The notes beneath the pieces are model-generated. The model was not told where the DNA came from, made no database searches, and saw nothing but the letters and a program-made list of their open reading frames with translations. A DNA stretch of 64,000 bases, from assembly GCF_045105015.1 (NCBI RefSeq), contig NZ_JBGCCX010000115.1, positions 5,857-69,856 of the forward strand. The letters are read 5' to 3'. The DNA comes from Psychroserpens sp. (GTDB lineage Bacteria > Bacteroidota > Bacteroidia > Flavobacteriales > Flavobacteriaceae). The position numbers and the translations under genes were made by a program. This document shows, in pieces, positions 29,380-39,983 of this stretch (the stretch's first letter is position 1; each line of letters starts with the position of its first letter).

Positions 29380-30694
29380 AAGTCACATTTATAAGTGCTA
29401 ATGCGTAAATAAATGATGGTGCTGCAATTCGCATGGAAGCATGATTAATAGTAGCAAACCAAAAGCCCAAAAAGGCATAAAAATAGTAATTCTTTTTGTT
29501 GTTAGACCTAAAGTACAGAGGCTTGAAGATTAAAATGAGTAGTATGATTATACCCAAAATACCATGTTCTCCAAGAAGCCTACCAACTTCACTATGTGAT
29601 ATATTTCCCTGCCCTTCAAGTTCTATTCGTTGATCTTTAGCTCGACTAGATCCAATTCCAAAAAAAGGGTTCGAAATAAATCCTTTTAACTCATACATAA
29701 ATAAATCACTTCGGCCAGTTGTTAAATCTTCCTTACTACGTCCTAAATGATCTTTATTTGCATATCTTAAATCAATATAACCACCTGTTTGACTTGAAGT
29801 GATTGTCCAAGTTAAAACCAAACAGAAAAACAACATTCCAAACTCTACAACTATTGATTTTTTTATATTATTTGAACTAAATTTATAATACGAAAACAAG
29901 AATGCAATAATAATAACAACGGCTGTAATAACTCCTCCTCTACTAAAAGTAAGTACGGCTCGATAGGATATTGCAGCTAGAATAATTAGGTTTAAAACTT
30001 TATGCCTAGTAGAATACGAATGATTAAAATATCTTGTTACCATAAGGAACATCCCCAAACCTAATATGATTGAAACTTGGTTCGGTCCAAAACCTCCAGA
30101 AGCATCAAAATTTGAAGCTGTATTGGCTATGGTTTCTTTGATACTGGGTGTATAGAAGAAAACATACGTAGTATTAGCAATAATTGGTAATACCATGATA
30201 AGAAGTATATTTTTTAATTGCTTTATTGATACCTTTTTTTCATAACAAAATAAAGCAGACACACCCAAACACACTGGTCCACTTAAAACAAATGCGATGT
30301 TAGTTCTGAAATTTGCATCAAAACTTAAAGTAGTTGAAGCCACAAAAATAGATGGAACTAAAAGCATTAAATAAATAAAATAAGGATACCCTCTGCCTGA
30401 GATTCCTTTATATATCATACCTAAGAGACAGAAGAAGATAACCATATACTTTCCTGCCTCATAAGAAATTGCACCTCTTGTCATTCTAAAAAGCACTTCA
30501 GCTCCAACAAAATATGCACAAGCTTTTAAAATCTCATAAGTTTTTAATTCGTTTTTAACATTTATTATGCGAAATAAAAAAAAGACTGCAGCAGCAATAA
30601 AATAAATTTTAGCAAAATCTTTATTTAGGTATATTAACATCCCTATGACTATGTGTAAGCCAATAGCGCTTATATATGTTAAATTCTGCTTCAA
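29339..30694 (-). CDS. O-antigen ligase / Wzy-like polymerase family membrane protein
   Basis: More than 10 TM helices; TFSRGG, TGR, PFFGIG, SHSE..RLLGEHG. Confidence 0.8.
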   Translation of the reverse strand: MKQNLTYISAIGLHIVIGMLIYLNKDFAKIYFIAAAVFFLFRIINVKNELKTYEILKACAYFVGAEVLFRMTRGAISYEAGKYMVIFFCLLGMIYKGISGRGYPYFIYLMLLVPSIFVASTTLSFDANFRTNIAFVLSGPVCLGVSALFCYEKKVSIKQLKNILLIMVLPIIANTTYVFFYTPSIKETIANTASNFDASGGFGPNQVSIILGLGMFLMVTRYFNHSYSTRHKVLNLIILAAISYRAVLTFSRGGVITAVVIIIAFLFSYYKFSSNNIKKSIVVEFGMLFFCLVLTWTITSSQTGGYIDLRYANKDHLGRSKEDLTTGRSDLFMYELKGFISNPFFGIGSSRAKDQRIELEGQGNISHSEVGRLLGEHGILGIIILLILIFKPLYFRSNNKKNYYFYAFLGFWFATINHASMRIAAPSFIYALALINVTYEKRPIHRKQLNK

Positions 30695-30766
30695 TTAAAT
30701 TTTGATTAGGAATAGTTTAACTTACTTAATGTTTTATTACAAGTTACGTATTGAAATAAAAATCAA

Positions 30767-31588
30767 TTACGTAAAGATATTTTTATAGTTATCTATAGGA
30801 AATTTATAATGATAACTTTTATTTAAAACATAGAGTATAAAATGTGATACGAAAATAGGTATGTAAGGTCGAGAATATTTTAATAACAGGTCATACCTTT
30901 TATTTGAATAGTTACAAATTAAGAAAGGAACGATATCAGGATTAAAAAAATTATTTTCTACGTTTGCTTTGGAAATTTTATGAGCTTCATTAAATGTCTT
31001 AAAAAACACGTCTTCTCCAGAGCGAAGAAATTGATATAATTCTAATACTGAAAATGGTTCTATGCTCTTTTTCGAATAAAAAAGTATACTTGAAGAAACA
31101 TCAATCAACACCCATTTATTTAAATTAGTACAAAAAATTTCATTAAATGAATGGCCTCCGAAAACCCTATCAAATGGTGCGCGAGTAACGCCCCATTCTC
31201 TAACTTTTATATCGTTAATAATGCAAAAATTATTGAATACTTGGACCATATCACTACAAACGCCTCCATCTCCATCAATCATCATTCTGAGGGCTTTTTC
31301 AGACGGTTCACTTAGTCCTCTTCCACCCTTTATATTCTTATGCATCCAAATTGCAATTTGCTTTACAATTTCTAATTCTTCCTTAGGTTTTTTAGTTTTG
31401 AAAATTAGATTGTTTATTTCATAAAAATAAGCTGGAATATCGGTTTTTTTATTTGTTGTATTATATGATAAATTGCTTATATCTGCTATGCTAGAGTTTT
31501 TTGACAATAACTTAAAACGGGCAATGTATAAAAAGGGATGCCTTTTAAAAGTCCAACGTAATTTTTTAAAACTCATGAATTTACCCAT
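30767..31588 (-). CDS. Transglutaminase-like domain protein
   Basis: GGVCSD (Cys), GHSFNE (His), KWVLID (Asp) triad motifs. Confidence 0.75.
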   Translation of the reverse strand: MGKFMSFKKLRWTFKRHPFLYIARFKLLSKNSSIADISNLSYNTTNKKTDIPAYFYEINNLIFKTKKPKEELEIVKQIAIWMHKNIKGGRGLSEPSEKALRMMIDGDGGVCSDMVQVFNNFCIINDIKVREWGVTRAPFDRVFGGHSFNEIFCTNLNKWVLIDVSSSILFYSKKSIEPFSVLELYQFLRSGEDVFFKTFNEAHKISKANVENNFFNPDIVPFLICNYSNKRYDLLLKYSRPYIPIFVSHFILYVLNKSYHYKFPIDNYKNIFT

Positions 31589-31660
31589 ACAAATAATAGC
31601 TTCTAAAAATATATCTTTTTTTTTATTTAGCCTACTAAATCAAATCAAAAATTAAAGTCT

Positions 31661-32800
31661 TCAACTTTGTATTTTTAATATCTCTTTTTGTATTCTAAAC
31701 TTATAATTAGAAAATGTAAATTTATTCAACATTTGATCTCGATCGTTAATCATTGAATGAAATTTATTTTCTCCTAGTTTTAATACTTCTCTAATCTCCT
31801 CTAATAAATTATCAATCGTAACTGTATTTAATACAAATCCATTTTGTTGATGCTTTAAATAATGTCCTATAGAAGAAATATTAGATACGATTGGCAAACA
31901 ACCAAAATTCATAGCCTCAGCAATTACTTTTGGAAACCCTTCTGATGCAGTTGTGGGCATTACAAACACATGAGACTTTTTATAAATTTCAAAGACTTTG
32001 TGTCTCGGTAAAAAACCATGAAAATTAAATGCAACTCCTGTAGTTTTAGCTAAATCCTTAAAATAATCAAATTCAGAACCATCGCCTACTAAGTGCACAC
32101 ATCCCACACGCTGTTTCTCAGTATCGGTTAATAATTGAAAGGCCTTGATAATTCGTTCTACACCTTTCGGTTTTTCTAATCGTCCAACATAACAAAATTG
32201 TAATGGTTCTTGAATATTTTTTTGAGCTCTTACCTTTTCTCCCTCAATAATCTCATCATCTGTTAGACAAGGATTTTCAAAGGTATAGCAATGACTCGCT
32301 TGCCCACTCCATGTACCATTAATTGTAACTTTTCTAGATTGATTAAGAAGCATCCATCGTTGTAATTTATATCCAAGAGGGGGATTTTTCTGATTCCAAT
32401 TTCCTGCGTATTTATACCAGCCCTCCTTCTTACTAAAAAAAGTTAAATATGGAATTAAATAAACACCAATTCCTGTAGGCGTTCGCAATTGAAAGCAATC
32501 AACTTCCTCAAGAGTTTTTGCAACCGTATTTATCACAGATGGAGCTTGAAATATCGTATGAAGTTTACTCATAAGTGTTCTTCCACCAGATGGTTTTAAA
32601 CCAACAAATTTCACTCTGTCTGACGTATATGGCAACGCACTTGGTGGTGGTGTATCTTGGTGTAACATAGCAATGTGATAAATTACATCAAAGACTTCAA
32701 TCAAATGATTAATTTCACTTATGGTTGGTCCCCAACCTACAACTTCTCCAGTCGTAGTTTTGTAATGTTCGGTATGTGATATGATAGCCAGTTTCATCAA
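31661..32800 (-). CDS. Glycosyltransferase family 4
   Basis: VGRLEKPKG and SEGFPKVIAEAM motifs. Confidence 0.9.
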   Translation of the reverse strand: MMKLAIISHTEHYKTTTGEVVGWGPTISEINHLIEVFDVIYHIAMLHQDTPPPSALPYTSDRVKFVGLKPSGGRTLMSKLHTIFQAPSVINTVAKTLEEVDCFQLRTPTGIGVYLIPYLTFFSKKEGWYKYAGNWNQKNPPLGYKLQRWMLLNQSRKVTINGTWSGQASHCYTFENPCLTDDEIIEGEKVRAQKNIQEPLQFCYVGRLEKPKGVERIIKAFQLLTDTEKQRVGCVHLVGDGSEFDYFKDLAKTTGVAFNFHGFLPRHKVFEIYKKSHVFVMPTTASEGFPKVIAEAMNFGCLPIVSNISSIGHYLKHQQNGFVLNTVTIDNLLEEIREVLKLGENKFHSMINDRDQMLNKFTFSNYKFRIQKEILKIQS

Positions 32801-33897
32801 TCCTCTATTAAGGTCAAATACATTTGTATTATTTTACTCCACGAATGTTTCTGAGCCCAAGATATAGATGATTTTTGGTAATTTTCAATATCCTTTAAAA
32901 TTTCTACTACGGCAATTTTAAACTCTTGAGCATTATTATTAATTAGAATCCCTGATTTGTAATCATCAATAGCATCTTCAATACCACAACCTTTGGCTCC
33001 AATAGCTGGGACACCCATTGCATTTGCTTCTAAAACAGCAATACCAAAACCTTCTACATCACCTGTATTACTCTCAGAACTTAACATCACAAAAACATCT
33101 GTTGCTTCTAGTATTTGCTTTAAAGTATCATTGTCTACACTGCCATGAAATGTAACATAGGATGCCACATTTAAAGATTCTGCTACTTTTATAAATGCGT
33201 CATTTTCACCAAGAATACCAACACAATGGTAATGCAGTTTTGGAAACTCTTGTATAAGAGCTGGAAGATGTTTGATTACATTCAATTGACCTTTTCTTGA
33301 ACTCACACGACCAACTGTTGTAAGAGACGGACTTCCATTAAGTACAATTTTCTCTTTTACATTTTGCCATTCAGATATTGTTATCCCATTAGGAATAACA
33401 AGAATATCTCTGTTCAAATGTGCTACTAGATCTTTTGTATAGTTAGATACTGCAACTATTACATCAAAACGTTTCAGAGAAATATTAATTGATTTCTGTA
33501 AAAGTGCTGATTTAAAATTAACTTCAGTACCATGGATTACAGCAATAGTTTTTCTTTTAAAAAACAGACTACTGAAAGCGACATTCCATAACGAAAATTT
33601 ACCAGTTGCGATACAATGTGTTGCAAGTTTGAGGTACTTAAACGTAAGGATAATTCGTTTAAAATACATGATAACTCTAAAATCATACAACTTAATTCGT
33701 TCTACTAAAAAAGGCAAAGAGGCATCGAAGTCTAGTTCTTCTTTACCAGATTTTGAACGTTGATCAGCGATAACTCTTACATCATGCCCACTCTTACTTA
33801 AGTGTAGTGCTAAATTATAAGCATGATTACCTATACCTCCAGGTTGTGGAGGGAACTCAGATGATACTATAACAATATTTGATTTTATAGTGTTCAT
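32797..33897 (-). CDS. Glycosyltransferase family 4 (PimA-like)
   Basis: FPPQPGGI, VGRVSSRKG, EGFGIAVLEANA motifs. Confidence 0.9.
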   Translation of the reverse strand: MNTIKSNIVIVSSEFPPQPGGIGNHAYNLALHLSKSGHDVRVIADQRSKSGKEELDFDASLPFLVERIKLYDFRVIMYFKRIILTFKYLKLATHCIATGKFSLWNVAFSSLFFKRKTIAVIHGTEVNFKSALLQKSINISLKRFDVIVAVSNYTKDLVAHLNRDILVIPNGITISEWQNVKEKIVLNGSPSLTTVGRVSSRKGQLNVIKHLPALIQEFPKLHYHCVGILGENDAFIKVAESLNVASYVTFHGSVDNDTLKQILEATDVFVMLSSESNTGDVEGFGIAVLEANAMGVPAIGAKGCGIEDAIDDYKSGILINNNAQEFKIAVVEILKDIENYQKSSISWAQKHSWSKIIQMYLTLIED

Positions 33898-35225
33898 ACT
33901 AATGGATCAATTAATGGACCGTCTTTTATTTTTTTACTAGACAAATACCATGATTTACATACTTGAAATACAACAAGAGGCAAAATTAAAATACTTATGA
34001 TTGAACCAAGTAACAATAAAGGTTTGTTTTTTTTGAATTGATATGGAAATATTGAAATAGGTACGATTCTTAACAAAGCTAATCGAGATGGAGTATTCCC
34101 AAAGTAACGCCTAAAAAAATATAACACACTGGGAATTGGTCTCGGAGCAAAAAAAGTTGAAGGTCTAAAAGCATCCCAACTTCCCATTTCTCTGAGCCCT
34201 CCAGTTCCTGCTTTAATGTCAATACATGAAGCAAATGGGTTTGATATACTTTTTATATCCTCAAGATAAACTCGCATTCCAAACTCACCGTCTCCCATTC
34301 GTTGTCTTTCAAACTGACGATCAAATAAACCAACTTCTTTAAAAACGTTTTTATATAGCATTGCGTTACCGGTTGCGAATTGAGAAGCTACCGTAAAAAA
34401 GGATCGTGATTTCGGAATTTGTTGTCCTTCAGGATAGAAAACACCAGCGGAAATTTTTGCATTGAAAAAATCCAGACATTTTAAATGCATGCTTATCCAA
34501 TTAGAATCTATACGAACATCATCTTCAGACAAGGCAATAAATTCTCCTCTACTCGCTTTAATAGCTGTATTTCTTGCTAACCATAAGGCTCTTTCTTTCT
34601 GATTAATAATTTGAAAACTGAGGTCGAATTCTGAATAAAAATTCTCATTAAAATCATCAGATTGATCAACAACAATCACTTCAAAATTTGAATAATCTTG
34701 AGCCTCTAAATCTTTTAAAACAGACTTTAAATATTCATATCGATTTAATGTTGGAATTACAATACTAACCAGAGGTTTTGCTTGAATAAGTTGAGACTCG
34801 AAAGATTCCCAATCTTCATAAATTATTATTTGATCTGATACTTCTTGACGTTTAACGCTTCTAGTCTTTAACCAAGCACTTATTTCTTTAAACGGATTAT
34901 TAAAGGTGATAATTCGAAATAACAACACGAAAAAAACCCAAGCAAAATGAAAGTTTTTTCTTAAAAAACGGTAATTATCTTGCACAGGCAATGTTACAAA
35001 TTCTTTATACCTACTAGCATTTCCGATATAACCTGATTGAATTGCTTGCCATGATAGGTCGTATGCCTTAGCGTCTTCAGAGAGATAACTATTATCTAAA
35101 TTTAATTGATTAATAATCTCTTTAGGCAGCTCACTAACTTTAGGAAAAATAGATTGACCAGTTTTTGTAAAACATTGAAAATAATGTGTTGGTTGCAAAT
35201 ATTTTAGACAACTAAACAGCATCAA
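33894..35225 (-). CDS. Glycosyltransferase family 2 with N-terminal extension
   Basis: VSIVIPTLNR, VVDQS, ARN, SEDD motifs after about 150 extra residues. Confidence 0.87.
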   Translation of the reverse strand: MMLFSCLKYLQPTHYFQCFTKTGQSIFPKVSELPKEIINQLNLDNSYLSEDAKAYDLSWQAIQSGYIGNASRYKEFVTLPVQDNYRFLRKNFHFAWVFFVLLFRIITFNNPFKEISAWLKTRSVKRQEVSDQIIIYEDWESFESQLIQAKPLVSIVIPTLNRYEYLKSVLKDLEAQDYSNFEVIVVDQSDDFNENFYSEFDLSFQIINQKERALWLARNTAIKASRGEFIALSEDDVRIDSNWISMHLKCLDFFNAKISAGVFYPEGQQIPKSRSFFTVASQFATGNAMLYKNVFKEVGLFDRQFERQRMGDGEFGMRVYLEDIKSISNPFASCIDIKAGTGGLREMGSWDAFRPSTFFAPRPIPSVLYFFRRYFGNTPSRLALLRIVPISIFPYQFKKNKPLLLLGSIISILILPLVVFQVCKSWYLSSKKIKDGPLIDPLV

Positions 35226-36055
35226 ATTGATTTTGGAAGCGGACTATTCTGCGCTACACCTTTTAAATAATCTGGATAAGGATGGTGTTCTGGCAACAAC
35301 AGTAAATGACACTTTCCTCTTGTTGCTATAGGAGCTCCAGACGTTATTGAGTTTCCTGTTTTAAGATACCAAGCTTTATAATTATTTTGAATACACCAGT
35401 CAACCATTGAATCACCAGCTGCTTCCATTCCTAAATTTTCTACATCATGCATTTCTATAAAAAAAGCACACTGTGCTTCTTTTGCAAGCTTAGTAGCAGA
35501 TTTCATAACTAAAGTTTCGGCACCTTCAACATCTATTTTAATTAAACCCGGCTTTATTCCGTAAAGTGTATAAAGGTAATCTAAAGTTACTGTTTTAACT
35601 TCCATATAAGAGTTTATAGCTGCAGCAGTCTCAGCATGTGAAGCGTGCATACTGCCGGCTGCACCAGAACCTACAGTGTAAAACTTAATTGTATCATCTA
35701 TAGTATCACCTACAAATGCAGTGATATATTGCGCTCTACTCCCTAGGCCGTTATTTATAATATTCATAGCTGCTTTTTGTAAAGCAGTTGGATTGGGATC
35801 TACTAAAACCATTTGTTTGTTAGGATCTTGAATTAATGCTAATAAAGCAGTGTAACCTATATTACAACCAACGTCAAAAATAACATCGTGATGTTTGGCT
35901 AAGTAAAACCACCAAGCATCATCTTGATCTGGATTTTTACGTGTGGTATTCTTTATAAGACTTAAAGGACTTCCACACAACGAAGTGTTTGTAAACTTAA
36001 TCTCTTTATTTTTAAAGAGATATAACAATCCTTTTATAGTTTTTTTCAAGTTCAT
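35222..36055 (-). CDS. FkbM family methyltransferase
   Basis: FDVGCNIG, VTLD, IKIDVEGAE motifs; ATG 36055 preferred. Confidence 0.9.
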   Translation of the reverse strand: MNLKKTIKGLLYLFKNKEIKFTNTSLCGSPLSLIKNTTRKNPDQDDAWWFYLAKHHDVIFDVGCNIGYTALLALIQDPNKQMVLVDPNPTALQKAAMNIINNGLGSRAQYITAFVGDTIDDTIKFYTVGSGAAGSMHASHAETAAAINSYMEVKTVTLDYLYTLYGIKPGLIKIDVEGAETLVMKSATKLAKEAQCAFFIEMHDVENLGMEAAGDSMVDWCIQNNYKAWYLKTGNSITSGAPIATRGKCHLLLLPEHHPYPDYLKGVAQNSPLPKSI

Positions 36056-36118
36056 TTTTAAAAGTCTTAATATAATTTTGTTCTGTACTCTATATAATTC
36101 ATAAATATCATACAATTA

Positions 36119-36841
36119 CTATTTCACAGCATTTCTGATTTTATCTAATTGATCTTTACTAAGTTTATTTTTCCATTTATCTAACGATTCAATTTTAAAA
36201 GTTTCAGGAGTATACGTATTTGGAATATCTAAAAATCCAGAAATCTCTTCAAGAAATTTATCAGGATTAGTTAAGAAATCATCATATTTCAGCACAAAAA
36301 TCTGTTCAGGATATTTCTCTTTTAACCTAAAAATTTCATCGCAATGTGATTTCCAACGTAAAGCACATTTCTCTTCAATGTTATATGTATCAAATTCATT
36401 TACGTTTTGCTTATTAATCCCTAAAAATCTATTGCTCTTATTTTGAGGTAATCTATTGTACCATGTTCTAACACCTTTATGTTCTAACATGCTACTAACA
36501 GTTGGTTCAAGGTCACGATAAACAAAAATGAATTTTGAGTCTTTATAAGTTTTAAACAAGAAATCTACCAACCATAAAGAAGGATGTGATTTTTCGAGTA
36601 TGTGATTATCTGAGTTTTTAAAAATTTTAGTAAGCCTGTACTTCAATAAAGTTTTAAAGAGAAATGTTTTAAGTGGAAAAGCAATATCTTGGGTAGTCGC
36701 TATTCGAGTAACTAAACCAAATGTTTCAGGCGCTTCAATTCTAGGTGTAATATCTGGATGACTAGAAATTGATCTACCAACAAGGTGTGTACCAGATCGT
36801 CCTGTTCCAGAAATAAAAATTAATTTTTTTTTGTTAACCAT
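36119..36841 (-). CDS. Sulfotransferase family protein
   Basis: GTGRSGT 5'-PSB motif, EKSHP, YRD..TVSS 3'-PB motif, KYDD. Confidence 0.85.
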   Translation of the reverse strand: MVNKKKLIFISGTGRSGTHLVGRSISSHPDITPRIEAPETFGLVTRIATTQDIAFPLKTFLFKTLLKYRLTKIFKNSDNHILEKSHPSLWLVDFLFKTYKDSKFIFVYRDLEPTVSSMLEHKGVRTWYNRLPQNKSNRFLGINKQNVNEFDTYNIEEKCALRWKSHCDEIFRLKEKYPEQIFVLKYDDFLTNPDKFLEEISGFLDIPNTYTPETFKIESLDKWKNKLSKDQLDKIRNAVK

Positions 36842-36874
36842 AAATCAATACTATCAATTAATTTTCAAAAATAC

Positions 36875-37630
36875 TTATTTATGAACTATCGCAACTAGAT
36901 GAGCTGTTTTATTTGGTGATTTTGAAACACCTTTAGATTGGATTTTATTAATAAAATTACCGAGTAAAGTTCTAAAGATTAGTAAAGGTTGTTTCAATTT
37001 AAAACTTCTTAAACCCCAAACACGATACTTTCCAGTTCTAACTGCATAATGCACATCGACCTTTTCAAAATACTTTTCTAAGAGATCATGTAACTCTTGT
37101 CGTTTGTAGTGTCTTATATGATCTGGATTTTTATTTGGTCCTTCATTTTTAATAAAATCTCCATTAGGTGTTGTAAAATAAGCCCAACCTCCTTTTTTTA
37201 TGACTCTAGAAATGTTTTTAACAAACAAATCATCTTCGGGCACGTGCTCAATAACTTCAACACAAACAACAGCATCATATGAACCATCAGCTAGTGTAGA
37301 CTTGGTCATATCTTCGATAATAACATCTGTAATATTAGATCTTTGTTTTTTTACATTTTCTAAAAGCGTATTAGTGAACCCTAGGTTGAGTTTTTCTTTA
37401 TCACCACTTTCTTGAGGAACATCTAACAAAGTGATATCAGCCGGAAGATTTATTGTATAAGGTGACTTACGACCTCCAACATCTAATACACTTACTCTAT
37501 TGCTTTTAGAACTACCTTTTAAAAGGTTTTTTATGTCTTTTCTTACTCTAACTAAATGAGTTGTCATAATAGGAAAAGTTAACCAGCGCATGAATTCGTA
37601 ATTTGTCATAAAAGGTTTTCTGCTATACAA
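36875..37630 (-). CDS. Class I SAM-dependent methyltransferase
   Basis: VLDVGG, YDAVVCVEVIEHV, TTPN, HIRHY motifs. Confidence 0.88.
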   Translation of the reverse strand: MYSRKPFMTNYEFMRWLTFPIMTTHLVRVRKDIKNLLKGSSKSNRVSVLDVGGRKSPYTINLPADITLLDVPQESGDKEKLNLGFTNTLLENVKKQRSNITDVIIEDMTKSTLADGSYDAVVCVEVIEHVPEDDLFVKNISRVIKKGGWAYFTTPNGDFIKNEGPNKNPDHIRHYKRQELHDLLEKYFEKVDVHYAVRTGKYRVWGLRSFKLKQPLLIFRTLLGNFINKIQSKGVSKSPNKTAHLVAIVHK

Positions 37631-37706
37631 TTGTTAACTATGCAATAATAAGATATAATATACTAAAGCGCATAATATTTGGTGAAATATGTAAGCTAAT
37701 ATTGTA

Positions 37707-38765
37707 TTATTCTTTGATTGTCTTTTTTCTTATATATTGAAAAACGCAAGATACCGAAAGTGAGTTTTTCCAAAGTGATCGATTAGAATGTTGCAGCTGC
37801 TTAAATTCTTCTTCACTCATACTATTGTGGAACTCAGAAACTATTCGTGCAATTTCATGCCTTTTTTTCCACGGAATAAAAACCATGTGTTTTTCCCAAT
37901 CTATTTGATCAACAAAAGGAAGCAAACAGTTTGTATCAATAAATATTGGAATTCGCCCCATCATTAAAGTTTCGTAAAATCTTACAGAAAAATTTCCAGA
38001 TCCTCTAACACATAAGACATAGTCTGATTGTCGAATATTCTCATAGTATTCTTTGTTAGTCTGAATACGTATTTCTTTAGTGGTTGCTCCTGCTCTATAT
38101 TTTTTTCTGTAGATAAAATTAGTTTTTACTTTAGATGAATTTTCTAAAGTTTTTAGTAATCTAAAACGCTCATAAGCTGAAGCAAATAGTGTTTCATAAT
38201 CAATTCTAAACGGGTTCTGAAAAAAACGGAATACGTTCTTCTTTGCGAATACTAATTTATCTTTAAATCTCTTTTTAAAAGACATACTTGCATGTCCGCA
38301 AAAACCAATATTTGGCAATTCTTGTTTTTTTCTAGCTTCAAAATCAATATCCTTATATAAGTTTTCAAAAATATCTGATAATGCAACAGGCAAACCAATA
38401 TTATTTTCGGGCAACTGTTGAGTAAAACCACCTACCCTAAAATAAACAATGGAATCAAAATTTGGAAAGAGACATCCATAATCTCCAGTGATATAACCAT
38501 AACCCTTAATATTATGTTTTTTACATAATTCATTTATACTTTTAAGAGCTTTAATACTATAATTATTTATAGGATCTGGAATAAATAACACTTGAGCCTT
38601 ATTAATATCATCGACATAATTGTCTGTAACATTCCATTTAGTTTTTTGAGCTGAATTATTTCCCCAAGACGTTTCTAAAAAAAACGGACGCGTGGCAATA
38701 AAAAGTTGTCGCTTGTCTGCTAAATTAAAATTAATACTAGGAATATAAATATTCATTATTATCAC
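37707..38765 (-). CDS. Exostosin family (GT47) glycosyltransferase
   Basis: FCG, SDYVLCVRGSGNFSVRFYETLMMGRIP, LPF..IDW motifs. Confidence 0.8.
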   Translation of the reverse strand: MIIMNIYIPSINFNLADKRQLFIATRPFFLETSWGNNSAQKTKWNVTDNYVDDINKAQVLFIPDPINNYSIKALKSINELCKKHNIKGYGYITGDYGCLFPNFDSIVYFRVGGFTQQLPENNIGLPVALSDIFENLYKDIDFEARKKQELPNIGFCGHASMSFKKRFKDKLVFAKKNVFRFFQNPFRIDYETLFASAYERFRLLKTLENSSKVKTNFIYRKKYRAGATTKEIRIQTNKEYYENIRQSDYVLCVRGSGNFSVRFYETLMMGRIPIFIDTNCLLPFVDQIDWEKHMVFIPWKKRHEIARIVSEFHNSMSEEEFKQLQHSNRSLWKNSLSVSCVFQYIRKKTIKE

Positions 38766-38801
38766 TTATTCTCTTTGGTTGATATTTTTATGAGACTTAT
38801 T

Positions 38802-39983
38802 TTATTCTGAATAAAATTCGACAAAATCGTTTTGTTGCTTCAATATATGAAACTCATTTTTAACACGACTAATCGCTTTTTCTCTTATTTTATTCTGATC
38901 ATCTAAAGACATCTCAATTACGGTCTTAATAGTATCTTTTAATGCTCTCGGATTTCTTTTTGGCACAACCCAACCTGTTCTATTGTGTAAAACATTCTCA
39001 GATAAACCTTCTGCATTTGAGACCACACACATTAATCCCATAGCTTGTGCTTCAAGAACAGCATTACAAAACCCTTCTTGAATACTGTATTGCAAATAGA
39101 TTTGAGATTGCTGTAATTGCTTTTTCACTTCATTATGAGGTAATTTACCCTTAAACGTAACTTCATCTATTAGATCTAGTTGATGCACTGCAAATTTCAA
39201 TCTTTCCAGCTCAATCCCTTCTCCAACAATAGTATAATGAAATTTCACACCTTCCTGTTTGAGGTAATATAATGCTTCTAATGTATATTCTATTCCCTTT
39301 TTCCAGTGTAATCTGGCAACTGTTAAAATATTTACAATCTCACTTTTATTAGTGTTGCGATTATAGTCAAAATAATGAACATCTATGGCAGGTGTAATAA
39401 CTTTTATTTTGCTTTCAAGTACTGAGTATGCTTTTAGATCTTCCTTCATTTCTTCAGATAGCACGTGATACTTTACTCGCTTTGAAAACAAATTAATATA
39501 ACAATTGTTATGTTTCAATGGAGATAAGTATAAGTCAAAACCTCTAAAGCTTACTGCCATATTAGCTCCAATAGCTTCAGCTACATTCTCTCTATCTACT
39601 GCAAGCATTCCGAAGCCATAGTGCAACCAATCTAATTTTTGTGAAAGCAAAAACTGATTGGCCAATACTCGCTTTAATCGAGTTTTAAATGGAAGACCGT
39701 CTTTTTTATCTAAAACATACAATCGATAGCTTTCTTTAGGAGTCGCAAAACATGCTTTAATTAATACTCGAAATACATTTAAAAATTTCCCAAATGGATT
39801 TAAATTAAAATTTGGAGCTACAATAACATCACAAAGAAATCTTGTTTGCTGCGATTGATTTTCGTTGACGAATAACACAACTTTAAAGCCATTTTCTTGG
39901 AGACCTTTTATCTTATTTCTAAAAAAAGTCTCTGAATAACCTGGCACATTAGATAAAACTAATCCTATATGTTTGTTCTTCAT
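38802..39983 (-). CDS. Glycosyltransferase family 4 (WcaL-like)
   Basis: YSETF, VARLHWKKG, EGFCNAVLEAQA motifs. Confidence 0.9.
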   Translation of the reverse strand: MKNKHIGLVLSNVPGYSETFFRNKIKGLQENGFKVVLFVNENQSQQTRFLCDVIVAPNFNLNPFGKFLNVFRVLIKACFATPKESYRLYVLDKKDGLPFKTRLKRVLANQFLLSQKLDWLHYGFGMLAVDRENVAEAIGANMAVSFRGFDLYLSPLKHNNCYINLFSKRVKYHVLSEEMKEDLKAYSVLESKIKVITPAIDVHYFDYNRNTNKSEIVNILTVARLHWKKGIEYTLEALYYLKQEGVKFHYTIVGEGIELERLKFAVHQLDLIDEVTFKGKLPHNEVKKQLQQSQIYLQYSIQEGFCNAVLEAQAMGLMCVVSNAEGLSENVLHNRTGWVVPKRNPRALKDTIKTVIEMSLDDQNKIREKAISRVKNEFHILKQQNDFVEFYSE

